From the NCBI RefSeq assembly GCF_006345805.1, contig NC_043009.1, positions 46,996,001-47,060,000 on the forward strand: a stretch of 64,000 nucleotides of DNA, in the 5' to 3' direction. Below are positions 49,303-62,796 of this stretch, piece after piece. Made by a program: the position numbers and the translations under genes. Numbering within the stretch: the stretch's first letter is position 1; each line of letters starts with the position of its first letter. The stretch is from Octopus sinensis. Its lineage: Eukaryota. The notes beneath the pieces were generated by a model. That model worked only from the letters and a program-made list of their open reading frames with translations, did not search any database and was not told where the DNA came from.

Positions 49303-49717
49303 CTATTTCTTTACTACCCACCAGGGGCTAAACACAGAGGGGACAAACAAGGACAGACAAACGGATTAAGTCGATTACATCGATCCCAGTGCGTAACTGG
49401 TACTTAATTTATAAACCCCCAATGGATGAAAGGCAAAGTCGACCTCGGCGGAATTTGAACTCAGAACGCAATGACAGACGAAATATCTATTTCTTTACTA
49501 CCCACAAGGGGCTAAACACAGGGGGGCGAACAAGGATAGACAAACGGATTAAGCCGATTATATCGACCCCAGTGCGTAACTGGTACTTAATTTATCGACC
49601 CCGAAAGGATAAAAGGTAAAGTCGACCTCGGCGGAATTTGAACTTAGAACGCAGCGGCGGATGAAATACCGCTAAGCATTTCACCCGGCGTGCTAACGTT
49701 TCTGTCAGCTCGCCGCC
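49303..49717 (-). mobile_element. SINE family B tandem dimer
   Basis: Two units joined at GAAATATCTATTTC, with GTACC on both flanks. Confidence 0.88.
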
Positions 49718-50576
49718 CGTACCACTATTGTTTGGAATATGCCAATGTTTGTCCTTAAAGATAATCTGTAGGTATCATTACCATTCTGAGAATTACATAT
49801 ATTATGTTTGAAACGTCTCTTAACTGTTAAGTATCTACCATATTTGATGGCACAAAAAAAACGTACATTTTGTTTTCCAAAAAATCTGTTTAATAATCCC
49901 CGGGTCCTATATGTAAAGTTGGGCCACCCATAAGTTAATTTTCCCCCCAACACTCTTTTTCCTGAATATGCACTACGGAAATTGGGGTGCGTTACGGCAA
50001 TTCCTTAGTTATCCAGCTCATTTCTGCACTACGTAACAGCTATTTAGCACTGTTCTCTTTTTGGAATATACCAGTGTATATCCTTAGTAGTAATCTCTGC
50101 ATATGTATGTTTGTCGCTTTGACTGGATTGGATTGGATTTCCTATGTTCAGTCTCCTGCTGGAGGAAAGCCTCTCTATGTTTCCTCCACCAACGAGTCTG
50201 GCGTGGAGGTCATGAATTTGAGCTTGAGATCATACTGGTTTGATGAGTCTACTCTGCCATACTGGCTCGGCATGGCTTGGCAAGTGGGGGCAGATTTTAT
50301 ACTCATATCTGGGAGTAGTTAAGTCGATTACATCGACCCTCTCCCCACCCAGTGCCGCTTTAACAATACAAATAGGAAGTTAAATGAAATAGCAGCAGAA
50401 ATGGCGAAAATGAGTAGGCGCGGAGTGAAGTAGCTGCTTTTTGCTTTTACTGTTCTTAAGGAGATGGGCGTGATGGTATAATCTTTCAAGCATTTACGAG
50501 AAAGCAAGGGGACAGATAAATAGAGACAGGAGCAGAGACAACAGAGACAGAGGCAGAAAAACTAAGAGATAGACAG

Positions 50577-50612
<36 letters not shown>

Positions 50613-50926
50613 ACCGGGCACTGATTGTAACCATGAAGTTGGTGCATCAAGGTAAGAAGCTAGCAAGAGTGGGGGGAAGAGGGAGGGATATAGAGAAGAA
50701 TGTTCAGTAAAGGACGTGACAGTAACGCCTGTGAGAAAATCCACGGTCACCCGTACCAGCACCATCGCCGACCAGCACCACAAACATTGCCGTAGTCACT
50801 ACAAACACTACTACCATCATCACCACCACCACCACCACCATTATCGTCACCACAAACACCACTACCGACATCCACAACAACAATAACACCAAAGAGCCTA
50901 ATACATATCAACAACAGCACCACGTT

Positions 50927-51115
50927 GAGGCGCAATGGCCCAGTGGTTAGGGCAGCAAAATCTCGCGGTCGTAAGAACGCGGTTTCGATTCTCAGACCGG
51001 GCATTGTGAGTGTTTACTGAGCAAAAACATCTAAGCTCCACAAGGCTCCGGTGGTGGTGGGTGAACCCCGCTGTACTCTTTCTCCACAGCTTTCTCTCAC
51101 TCTTTCTTCCTACTT
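50927..51115 (+). mobile_element. SINE family C 5' part
   Basis: GAGGCGCAATGGCCCAGTGGTTAGGGCAGC...GGTTTCGATTCTCAGACCGGGC. Confidence 0.85.
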
Positions 51116-51180
51116 CTGCCACAAAGTAGAGGAACCATGGTGTAACCCACTATGGTGTGTTAAACTTTCAGACCCAGTAA

Positions 51181-51385
51181 GTATGTATGTATGTATGTAT
51201 GTATGTATGTATGTATGTATGTATGTATGTATGTATGTATGTATGTATGTATGTATGTATGTATGTATGTATGTATGTATGTATGTATGTATGTATGTAT
51301 GTATGTATGTATGTATGTATGTATGTATGTATGTATGTATGTATGTATGTATGTATGTATGTATGTATGTATGTATGTATGTATG
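51181..51385. repeat. Perfect (GTAT)n microsatellite, ~50 units
   Basis: Direct reading. Confidence 0.97.
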
Positions 51386-52159
51386 CATGTACAGTGCAGT
51401 TTAAATTTAGATTGCACGACAGTTAATAGTATTTAAAGATCCATATGTAATTCTTGTAGATATCCAGAAGAAAAAATATGAGGAAGACTTGTTTTATAGT
51501 TTGAATTTCGTGTAGCTCAGAGTACATATGTATAAAGTCCAGTATGAACACTAAAGAATAGAAATGAGAGTTACACAATGTCACGAGATTTTGCAATGCA
51601 ATTGACTAATAAGATTTTCTTTATATGACATTATTAATGAAATGTGCATAAGATGATGTAACTAAATATTCTTTAAGCAAACACTCCTGTTTCGTTCTGC
51701 TTTCTTTCTATATGTACATACATATATACAGGCATACATAGACATACATACAATCACATACAATCACACAAACACACAAACACATGTATAAATATATATA
51801 CATATATATATAATTGTATCGTCAAACACTATAGTCCAAAGACTATAAATATTATTACAACCGGCATTTTGTCATGTTCTGCTTATTCACATTTGAGGCA
51901 TAACACTTTCTGTGTATTTGTTAAACGCAATTAACTAAGTTTTCTTCTAGCCAGCAGCAGATATAAGTATTTTTGCACTTTACGCAGTTTTCGACAGCTC
52001 AGTCGATGCTGTATAAGTCTGATCCACTCACAAAAAATATGTTGTGGTTGGGATTGGACTAAGATCGGTTAATTTTTGATATACATATTATTTTGGTCGG
52101 ATTTATGTGGGTAACAGGTAACCTTATATATCCACACGTTCGCAGCTGCCTTTCAAGTG

Positions 52160-52475
52160 CTTAAAACCATCCTGTCCCTAAGAGACAAACTTTCTGTAGG
52201 AGCTCAGCCGAGCCTTCAGCCATTTCTCTATATCTTTGCTTACTGTTCCCAACGCACCAATTACTATAGGCAAGACATTTACTGTTCGCATGCTCCAAAT
52301 TCTTCCTATTTTGAATTTTAAAGGATTGTATTTTTTCTTTTTGTTTTACTTCCTCTTTCTTTACGATTCTGTAATCAAACGGGCATGATGGGTCGATAAG
52401 TAAACAATTTCGCTTTTCCTTATTTATAACTGTTATGTCTGATTTATAATTTTCTAACTTTTTATCCGGTTTAGT
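52160..52475 (-). mobile_element. RLE-domain LINE remnant (R4/Dong/NeSL-like endonuclease)
   Basis: NYKSDITVINKEKRNCLLIDPSCPFDYRIVKKE..., then frameshifted PIVIGALGTV...LQKVCLLGT, a PD-(D/E)xK RLE pattern. Confidence 0.82.
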
Positions 52476-52662
52476 TATCATCATCATCATCATCATCATT
52501 ATTTAAGGCGGCGATTGGACAATCTGTAGCACGCCGGGCAAAATGCTTCCCAACACCTTCCTTAACTTTTATGGTTTTTTCCTTTTTTTTTCTTCTGGTG
52601 TGTGTGTGTGCACGTGTGTGTGTGTGTATGTGTGTGTGTGTGTGTGTGTGCGCGCGCTAGAA

Positions 52663-52877
52663 AGGCGGCGAGCTGGCAGAATTGTTAGCACGTTGGGCAA
52701 AATGCTTAGCAACATTTCATTGGTCTTTACCTTCTGAGTTCAAATTCCACCGGGGTCAACTTAGCCTTTCATTCTTCGGGATCGATAAATTAAATAACAG
52801 TGAAACACTGGGGTCGATGTAATCGACTAGTCCTTTCCCCCCAAATTTCAGGCCTTGTGTTTATGGTAGAAAGGAAT
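52663..52877 (+). mobile_element. SINE family B
   Basis: GGCGGCGAGCTGGCAGAATTGTTAGCACG... Confidence 0.85.
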
Positions 52878-53002
52878 ATTATTACTATCATCATCATCAT
52901 CATAATTATTATTTGTTTTAGCCCCTGTACTCTTTCCCATAATCTTTTCAGTCGTGCTCCAACATGCTTTCAGAGATTACCACGAAGGTACGAAGGTGTA
53001 AG

Positions 53003-53383
53003 TGGAGGCGCAATGGCCCAGTGGTTAGGACAGCGGACTCGCGGTCGGAGGATCGCGGTTTCGATTCCCAGACCGGGCATTGTGAGTGTTTATTGAGCGA
53101 AAACACCTAAAGCTCCACGAGGCTCCGGCAGGGGATGGTGGTGAACCCTGCTGTACTCTTTCACCACAACTTTCTCTCGCTCTTTCTTCCTGTTTCTCTT
53201 GTACCTGTATTTCAAAGGGCCGGCCTTGTCACATTCTGTGTGTCACGCTGAATCTTCCTGAGAACTACGTTAAGGGTACACGTGTCTGTGGAGTGCTCAG
53301 CCACTTACACGTTAATTTCACGAGCAGGCTGCTCCGTTGATCGTATCAGCTGGGACCCTCATCGTCGCAACCGACGGAGTGCT
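53003..53383 (+). mobile_element. SINE family C, full length, 13-bp TSD
   Basis: TACGAAGGTGTAA at 52989-53001 and 53389-53401. tRNA-like A and B boxes. Confidence 0.93.
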
Positions 53384-53439
53384 CTTACTACGAAGGTGTA
53401 ACGTTCCAGTTTCGCACAAAAGGAGCTCTCTCCTAAAGC

Positions 53440-53645
53440 TAAAAGGGCAAAGCTTCAGATCAAAGAAAAAGACCAAAAAAGAGATTCTACGTTGACTTTC
53501 TTTTTGCTGAGGATTGCGCTTTGGCATCATATACGTTTGAGGGAATTCAGAAAACGGTCGACAGGTTTTCTGCGGCAGTTCGTGCATTTGGACTGACTAT
53601 CAGCATCAAGGAGACTGAAGTTTTATTGCAGCCAAAACCCGGAGC
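53440..53645 (+). mobile_element. RTE (BovB-like) RT fragment
   Basis: DFLFAEDCALAS...GIQKTVDRFSAAVRAFGLTISIKETEVLLQP. Confidence 0.8.
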
Positions 53646-53669
53646 AGAACATATTCAAGCCACTCAAAT

Positions 53670-54150
53670 GTCTCAATTTTTGCAACACTAATTCTCACCC
53701 CTGTTTTGTAGTACTCGGCAGCGAACTTATTCAGTGCATACTGAAGATTATCTTCTGATAAGTCAAATAGCATCATGTTGTCTGAAAATATCAACCAATC
53801 CTTCACCCGCTGATTGTGACACCACTTCAACAACGGCTGCGCATGTCAATCCAGCTCATAAAAATTATGATAAAGAGAGGTGACAGTACGTAACCCAACT
53901 GAAATCCTACATCCATGTTGAAAATTTTCGACTTAGCACCATTTATCCAAACACATTCATCTGGGCGTTTGCATAGGGACCTCACAGCAATCAGAAGTTC
54001 CTCACTAATCTCAGACTCCTGCAAAACCTTGCACACCATGTCTCGCGACACGCGGTCACACGCCCTTTCGGGGTCTTTAAAGCAAGCACACACCTCTTTG
54101 CAATATTCTCATGTTTTCTCGAAGACTTGCAGTCGATTGTGCTGCGTCTG
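53670..54150 (-). mobile_element. Second RTE-clade RT fragment, opposite strand
   Basis: CFKDPERACDRVSR (FVDLEKAYDRVPR-like), VGFQLGYVLSPLFIIIFM (GLRQGCVLSPLLF-like), FSDNMML (FADD-like). Confidence 0.8.
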
Positions 54151-54542
54151 GGATTGATTTTCTAATTTTATTGTATTACATTTCTAGTGATATCAGGTCG
54201 TCGTTTATAATCTGCTTGGAGATGTCGACTACCAAACGCTGGTCTACGTGTGACACACTACATGAAAACAAAACGATCGATGGAGACTCAGAAATTTATT
54301 ATGTGTCACAGAGTATTTACATTTTCATGGAATGTAAATGAATATAATTCAGCAAGTAATTAATGAAGATCAATAATTTTGTGTTAGCATATTTAATGTA
54401 GACGATACTTTAAAAACAACTACAAAACAAAGCAAAAAAACTAGTGAAGAATAATTATGTGTCAAGGACCAATATTGTTTTTAATTATCAACAAGCAAGA
54501 GAAACGACTTCTATGTAAGAATTACTGAGAGATAATATTTTA

Positions 54543-54572
54543 ACTAGAATGCTACCCGTCATACGACAGGCG
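54543..54572 (-). mobile_element. Possible Helitron 3' terminus
   Basis: Minus strand has a CCTGTCGTATGACGGG hairpin followed by ...CTAG|T. Confidence 0.4.
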
Positions 54573-54627
54573 ACTTTGGAAATATAGTTTTGTCACCAAA
54601 GATAATAAAATTCAACTTTTATCAAAG

Positions 54628-54833
54628 GCTGCGAGCTGGCAGAAACGTTAGCATGCCGGACGAAATGTTCAGTGGTATTTCGTCTGTTATTTTCTGAGTT
54701 CAAATTCCGCAGAGGTTGACTTTACCTTTCATCCTGTCGGGGTCGTTAAATTAAGTACCAGTTGCGTACTGAGGTCGATCTAATCGACTGGCCCCACCCC
54801 CAAAAATTTCGGGCCTTGTGCTTAGAGTAGAAA
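54628..54833 (+). mobile_element. SINE family B
   Basis: GGCTGCGAGCTGGCAGAAACGTTAGC... Confidence 0.85.
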
Positions 54834-54925
54834 CGAATTTAATTTTTATCATATTTTAAGTGTTTATACAAAATGATGAAATGAACACTAGTTTTCAAAA
54901 GAAGAATATTTATTACCTTAATATT

Positions 54926-55310
54926 GGCGCAGGAGTGGCTGTGTGGTAAGAAGCTTGCTTCCCAACCACATGGTTCTGGGTTCAGTTACACTGCGTAACA
55001 CCTTGAGCAAGTGTCTTCTACTAGAGTCTCGGGCCGACCAAAGCCTTGTGAGTGGATTCGGTAGACAGAAACTGAAAGAAGACCGTCGTCTATCTATCTA
55101 TCTATCTGTATGTATGTATGTAGTTGTGTGTCTGTGTTTGTCCTCCTACCATCGCTTAACAACCGATGTTGGTGTGTTTACGTCCCCATAACCTAGCGGC
55201 TCAGCAAAAGTGATCGATAGAATAAGTACTAGGCTTACAAAGAATAAGTCCTTGGCTCGATTTTTTCGACTAAAGGCGGTGCTCCAGTATGGCCGCAATC
55301 AAATAAAAGA
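54926..55310 (+). mobile_element. SINE family A, full length
   Basis: GGCGCAGGAGTGGCTGTGTGGTAAG... with internal (CTAT)/(GTAT). Confidence 0.9.
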
Positions 55311-57359
55311 ATAATTTAAAATTAAATAAAACACATTTCCTATTTGTACAACCTATACTCCTCGCCTGTCTGATTATTTTTCTCTCTACTAATCCTATAC
55401 GACTGTAACTCTCTGTACTGTCTCATCCCCCTCTTTCTATATGATGTCAAGCATGACTGAGAATATCGACCAGCCGACCAAGCAACCTTCCAACCAACCA
55501 ACCAACCAACCAACCAACCAACCAACCAGCATTTGGTGAAATCGATACCGTTGGCGTTACTCATATACAGTTGCATGTTTACAGAGACTAACGTCCTGTC
55601 GAGAAAGGACTGGCTGTAGAGATCACTGAGAGGTCCGGTGGGATGGACACAACATAGATAATGTGAGCAGGAAAGCCGAATGAATCAGGAGGGCCTGGAT
55701 TTCGAGTAGAAGTGGTACAATATCAGTTACCTCTGCCAAACAGAATCCACTGTTGTAACGTTAGTAACGAGAGAATGAGAAAACAGTACGACAGAGGGTG
55801 AGTGAGTTGATGAGCAATTTCATACCAATGATTTCTGTTTTTGTTTTATGGTCAAGGAAAATATAAATGTTCTGTGATGCATAATAAGCATCGATCGCTT
55901 CATATTGTATGTAACTTGTGGACGAGCATAGTAGCCCACATCTCTCTTCAGGTTATGCACTACGACCTAATATATAAGGAATCTAATTCAATAAATTTAC
56001 TAAGTGACTAAACTGAGTTTGGAAACTGCACAGACATTCTGCTTTCTCGGAAGTTTACTTCGATTCTACATTAGAAAAGGTTTAGGCCTGTGATGGGCCC
56101 TTAAAATTCATAAGGGCCAGAACTTAACCTGGTATCTATCAGATCACAACATTATCCACCCCTGAACGGGACACCGGTTCATTGCAGGTTTAACTTCCCA
56201 GCCCCAGTTGGAACTCATTTTTACAGCTGAGTGGGACTGGAACAATGTGAAATAAAATGTTTTGCTCAAGAATACAAGACAACGCACTGCCTGGTCCAGA
56301 AATAAACCGCATATAGTACAAATAATTTTGTTTTGGATGCTGCCTAGGATGTCTCTATATGTAGCATCCACATCATCTCAGGTCTTGGAGCAATATTCCA
56401 TTGTATGTTCTACCTGAGCCTTTCAGGCAATTATTAGTTGACGTAGAATTAAGTATTCTACAGCGTTGAAATAGGAAATTCTTTTTCTTTTACCTTATAA
56501 CCAGGCTGTGTTCATGATCAGTTAGTAGACCACCAAGACTGATAGCAAGGAAGGAAGAAGGTAGCCTCAAATCGGAAACCTAGCCAGATTGTGAGCAGCA
56601 GAATAGACTCCGCTAAAGATACCCCAGATGCCAGGTTGTGCTGTTAAACTGTCATCACGTGTAATATCACTACGTAGCATCCATGATCACTACCGTCATA
56701 GACTCGTCTTTGAGATTCAGTCAATGCTATTTAAAAATATCAGGTCACCCGGAGAGCTCATCAGTGATTTTGAAGTTTAGTATTTACAGAGACTGTAATG
56801 GGCTGAGTTGTATGTTTAGGGATAGCGGAGACTATTATTTCTTTGAGATGTTGAAAGGGACAAGATTAGAATGAACCAATTGGCGAATGTTTTCGAGTCT
56901 CTGTTAGAGGCAGTGAAGGGTTTATTTTGGAGTGTATAGAGTTGCATATGGGTTCCCTTCATCAACTGGTTGATGTAGGAAAATAGGATTGTTCAGAAAT
57001 ACCGCTAAGCGTTTTGTCAGTTTCTCATCTAGGCATGGAAAACAATAGTTACGTTAATGTTTATATATTTAACACGGGGAACATAAGGAAAAAAAAAACA
57101 AGTAGGAGTAATTATACAATAATTATATAACAAGTACAAATAATTGTACGTTAAACCAAGGCAATAGCTATTCCTATTTGCGCTATCACAATCACGTCAT
57201 CATCATAATCATTGTCATCGACATCGTCATTATCTTCATCATTAACACCACAACCTCCACGACGATGACGAGGCCCCCCCCCGCCACCACTACCATGTAG
57301 AAGAACGACGACAACAGCAGTAGCAGCAGTTTTACTTGTGGGTTTTACAGAGTTGTATG

Positions 57360-57620
57360 TGGAGGCGCGTGGCTTAGTGGTTAGGGTGTCAGCATCACGA
57401 TCGTAAGATTGTGGTTTCGATTCCTGGACCGGGCGACGCGTTGTGCTCTTGAGCAAAACACTTCATTTCACGTTGCTCCAGTCCACTCAGACGACAAAAA
57501 TGAGTAACGCTACGAGGGACTGGTGTCCCGTTCAGCTGGGGAACACATACACCATAGAAACCGGGAAACCGGGCCCATGAGCCTGGCTAGGCTTTAAAAG
57601 GGTGCGTTTATTTATTTTTA
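57360..57620 (+). mobile_element. SINE family D, 15-bp TSD
   Basis: A-box TGGCTTAGTGG and B-box GGTTTCGATTCC. V-SINE-like GGACTGGTGTCCCGT. TTTTACAGAGTTGTA at 57343 and 57621. Confidence 0.92.
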
Positions 57621-58312
57621 TTTTACAGAGTTGTAATGATGGTTTTAAAAGAAAGCAGAAAAAATCCCCAAACAAACAAGAATTTAATTTCGCAGTTGAA
57701 GGCACCACTGAGACAAAATCTCACTAATAACAATAGTAAAATAGTAAAATCTGGATTCTATCACATATCTCCAGTATTTCTCTGTTAATTTCATTTCCTT
57801 TCTCCATTTCCTTCCAATACCACTCGTTAATAACAGGAAGAAAACTGTTCTCCTTTCTTCTTCTGATAAATGAATAAATAATGTTTCTAATAAAAGTACA
57901 GGGCCTGAAAATTTTGAAAGAGAGAGAGAGAAAGGATTAGCTAATATTATCGAACCGGAGGAATAAAAGCAAAGTTGTCCTCGGTAAGATTTGAACTCAG
58001 AACGTAAAAGTAAAAAGCCGGAACAAATGTTAGAATCCATTTTTCCGATGCTCCAATGTATCTGTGACTACGTCACGCATACCGGTCCTTTCTGCTATAG
58101 GTACAAGGCCTAAAATTTTGGGTGGGAGTGGGGACTAGTCGATTACATTGACCCCAGTATTCGACTGACTGGTTCATAATTTCTAATTTTTTGTGTCATG
58201 GCAAGCAATTTAGAGGGGAAGGAGAAGTCAATTACGTCGACCCTGGAATTCAACCGGCACTTATTTAATCGACTCCCAAAATCAATCTAGGCGATATTTA
58301 AACTCAGAACGT

Positions 58313-58731
<419 letters not shown>

Positions 58732-59477
58732 TATAAAGAATGATTGATTTCAATCATTACACAAAATATTTAAAGATTTTTTTTTACATAATTCTTAATA
58801 ATATTTTATTATAAAAATGTTTTTTTAAAGCATTAAATGGCTAGGAGATGTACTATGAGACATACTTTCTCAAGATGAAGGCTGCAGTTTAAAAGGCTTA
58901 CTACACATATACGCTTTAAGTATGCTTGTAGATCGCTAAACAATATTATTTGATAGAAAACAATTATAAATTTTTCATATAATCTCTGATATTAACTGGA
59001 GGTGTATATAGACGTGTACATACATTGGACCAGTTGTGACACCAACTAAAGTGTTACGATACGATGTTATCAGGAAGAAGGGAAGCTGACATTAAACTAA
59101 ATTACATAATTAGGGACGGCCATGTTTTTATGCTGTATTTTTAAATAATATCAAATTGTCTTGGTTTTTTTTTTCAAATAACAGTCTGTTGCGTTAATGT
59201 GGCAAAACGCTAAAGTTTCATTTGAATTATAAATTTGGATGGTGGGTGGGTTGGTTTGAACTTTTGGGATCGTCTACATGAATATTTTTATATGTAGGTC
59301 AAGGTTGAATTGTTATTCATTGCTTAGAAACGTTGCCTGTTGTCTCGTATATCACACACGCATCTGCACAGGCATACATACTCTCTCTCTCTTTCTCCTT
59401 CTCTCTCACACACGCGCGCGCACACACCACACACAAATGCGATTAATTTGGTGTATGTGTGTGTTTGTGTATATATA

Positions 59478-60360
59478 CGCGGTATGATCAATAAGTATCC
59501 GAACTGTTGCGATAGTAACGAAGCTAAAACAAGCAGAGTAAAACCGCTTGGTACAGATTGACCTTAAACTCGGCTGTTATGCTGTGCATGCGCACTAAGT
59601 TTCAACGTCCTAGCTCATTTTCGCTATTGACAGCAGAGCTTAGAAAGAACGTGTGTAGCGTGTGATCATCGCATTAAACATGACAGAGAAAGTTGAACAG
59701 AGAATCTGCTTTAAGTTTTGCCAAAAGTTTGGCGATACCTGCTCAGACGCCTACGCAAAGTTTTCAAAAAGTTTTCATCGTTCCCGACACGGTCAAGGAA
59801 CTCTTGTACAATTGAAACCCGAGTGTCTTTTTGGTCAGCTGAAAGCAGTTTTAGCACAAACTTGGCAGACACGCGTCTCATACTGATAATGGACTGAACT
59901 GAACTGTAACTAATGTGCATATCCCCTGATAGCTCATGGTTAGTAATTTGATGATTTCCCCTCACAGCTGCACGCACATCTGTGATGTTTTCCTCATTTC
60001 TGCTGGTTGCGTGTCTCCCAGAACGTTCGTCAATATCGACATTTTTTCAGTAGTCTTAACCACTCGTACACTTGTGTGCGGCTCGCACACTCCTCTCCAT
60101 ACACTTTCTGCAACTTTGCATAAGCCTCTGAGCAGGTACCACCATGATAAACTTTCTTGGTCATGGCCAATGCGACGATCACACGCTACACACCTTCCTT
60201 CCAAGCATTCCTGTAAACAGCAGAAGTAAGCTATAACGTTAAATCTTAGTGCGCATGCACAGCAGAGTTCGATGTCAATGTTTGCCACGCGGTTTCACCC
60301 AGCGTGCTTTAGCTTCGTTATACTATGGCAACAGTCCGGATACTTATTGATCAGACTTCG
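59478..60360. mobile_element. Mariner derivative made of two inverted 5' ends, TA TSD
   Basis: TIRs TGATCAATAAGTATCCG / CGGATACTTATTGATCA with flanking TA. The N-terminal transposase reads on + (MTEKVEQRICFKFCQK) and on - (TCSEAYAKLQKVYGEE...MRRVSAKFVLKLLSADQK). Confidence 0.85.
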
Positions 60361-60429
60361 TAGATGTGTGTGTGCTTATGTATATGGTGGTTGTCTACTC
60401 CTTATGCAAGGTCTGACCACCTTTTGTAC

Positions 60430-60745
60430 TTACACCTTAGATCCATCATGGCGTCTGATGTGGCTTTTTAAACCAAACAATGTATTGAAAAGACACTCAC
60501 ATAGATTGCATATCTGATTTGGACCACCAGGAGCTGTCGTTAAGTTCTGATCTTTGTGGATCTTAAAATGTCTTTTGAAGCCTCCATTAGATTTGCAGAC
60601 CTTATGGCATACACGGCACTGAAAGGTGTGCACATATATAGAAGCAGAATAGTTGTTGGAGGTTTGTTTTTCATGGGTCCGCAAATGAGATTTGAGCCTA
60701 ACAAAAGAAAGTTATGGTCTGTCACAAACTGTCTACACAAAAAGG
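60430..60745 (-). pseudogene. Two intact C2H2 zinc fingers plus one broken finger, probably an RTE-LINE C-terminus
   Basis: CRVCHKVCKSNGGFKRHFKIH and CNLCECLFNTLFGLKSHIRRH, with a frameshifted upstream C..C...LKSHLRTH. No TGEKP linkers. Confidence 0.6.
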
Positions 60746-61254
60746 TTGCTGAGATTCACCTCGTTACTTATATAGAAACTCTCTATATAGAAAAAAATGA
60801 CTTAATAAAAAGATATTGCACCCAAGATATTCAGCTTCGTTCATAATAACTAGATCCTTAGAGGTCATATCACTTATTATAATGATCCACTACAGTGCAA
60901 TGTCTTCAATGATGAGTTTTACTTTCCCCTCATCGACAGGCGACCGACTCAACCGTAGGAACCGTTTTAGGAAAGACGTCTTGTTCAATCTTACGCATAG
61001 CTCTGAGGTAATAAGGATTAAGTTAAAATATTATGCATCTTAAAAAATTCTCCCCCCACTGCATCCTTTGTACAAAAGTTTTAGTAAGGACTGGGTAAAA
61101 CTCTTCTGCTTATTCACATCCAATTTAACATTCAAAATATATCTAGATTTTACTAAATTTTATGGGAACATGCTTAACCGTGACCACACAATAATAATGT
61201 TAATCATGACTAATACTGATCCAACCCTTACGAGTGCCCTCTCCAAGCTCATTG

Positions 61255-61580
61255 AATATAACTTATAAATGCAATGTTATGATAAACTTTTCAAATGAAG
61301 TGCACATTGGTGTCACCAAAAACAAATTTAAAATTAGATATTATCAGCACCGTCATACATTCCGAAATACTGAGTGTGATAATGTTACAAAAGTATCTTA
61401 TGGTAGCTGCATGACAATAAAATATCTTGCAAATTATAACAGATGGTAAATACGAAATATAAACCCTAAACCGGTCGCCGTAAGCCCTAAAATTAACGCA
61501 TAGAAGAGAACATATAAATCTTCTGCTGAGCAAGAGGTCTGATCTTGCAACTACGTGTAAATGCAAGATATTCGAATCTT
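61255..61580 (+). mobile_element. Decayed Penelope-like GIY-YIG endonuclease fragment
   Basis: ITYKCNV...VHIGVTKNKFKIRYYQHRHTFRN and downstream LLSKRSDLATTCKC (LLNKRSEL..C-like). Confidence 0.65.
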
Positions 61581-62447
61581 ACCTAAACTATAAACCTATT
61601 TATGACACTGGAATGGTTTTTTTCGAAACTGAGGCAACCCTTGTGTATAAAATACCAATTGTCTGTCCTAGATCTAGAACACCATACGACTAAGGATATA
61701 AAAACTACATATCCCTGGGACTATCCATCTTTCTCTTTCACAGATCTAACTTATTGTATTGTATACTGGCACTGAATGTCTGTCATCTTCTCTAATTTCA
61801 TCCTTCTGAGTGACTCAACTTCCTATAATATTGAACTGATTTTGCAACCATTTCTAATCCCAGTTTTGCAACTAATAAGCCATGCCCTTGTAACCAATTA
61901 AAATAATATAGCAACCTATAAATTATACATCACACGCGTACATACTATTTATGTATGAATGTGCGCGTATCTATGTGAGTGTGTGTGTGCGCGCGTGTGA
62001 TATAACTTATAGATCATTAATATATTAGTAGATAGTTATACTATACGTGATTTATAATTTATACTATTATAATCATTAAACTGAATGCTTCATTATTGAA
62101 CTGCTCCTTTTCAAAGAACCGTCTCATTATTGAACAACTCAATCCTTATTGAACTGGTTCACTATTGAACAAGTTTTTTTGTTATGGAACAAGCTAAACT
62201 TGATCACTCAACTTCGTTTCTCACAGCTTTGACTTCACTCCCGCCATCTCTCCAAAGCGGAGCGAGGAACGTCAGCATATAAAAGTATAGGAGCAAATGA
62301 TTGAGACAGAAACAGAATTCGTATGTGATATTGAAGCATTTGTATGCATGTGTGCGTGCGTGCGTGTGTGTGTGTGTGTGTAGTATGTTTGGAGATGAAG
62401 AAAAAAAAGATGAAAGATTTTGCTTGAGAGAAAAAATGTGAGAGAAC

Positions 62448-62479
<32 letters not shown>

Positions 62480-62519
62480 TGTATGTATGTATGTATGTAT
62501 GTATGTATGTGTGTGTGCG

Positions 62520-62775
62520 TGGAGGCGCGTGGCTTAGTGGTTAGGGTGTCAGCAACATGATCGTAAGATTGTGGTTTCGATTCCTGGACCTGGCGACGCG
62601 TTGTGTTCTTGAGCAAAACACTTCATTTCACGTTGCTCCAGTCCACTCAGCTGGCAAAAATGAGTAACGCTGCGATGGACTGGTGTCCCGTCCAGCTGGG
62701 GAACACATACGCCATTGAAACCGGGAAACTGGGCCCACGAGCCTGGCTAGGCTTTAAAAGGGCGCATTTATTTTT
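62520..62775 (+). mobile_element. SINE family D
   Basis: Close copy of 57360-57620. Confidence 0.92.
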
Positions 62776-62796
62776 ATTATATATATATATATATAT

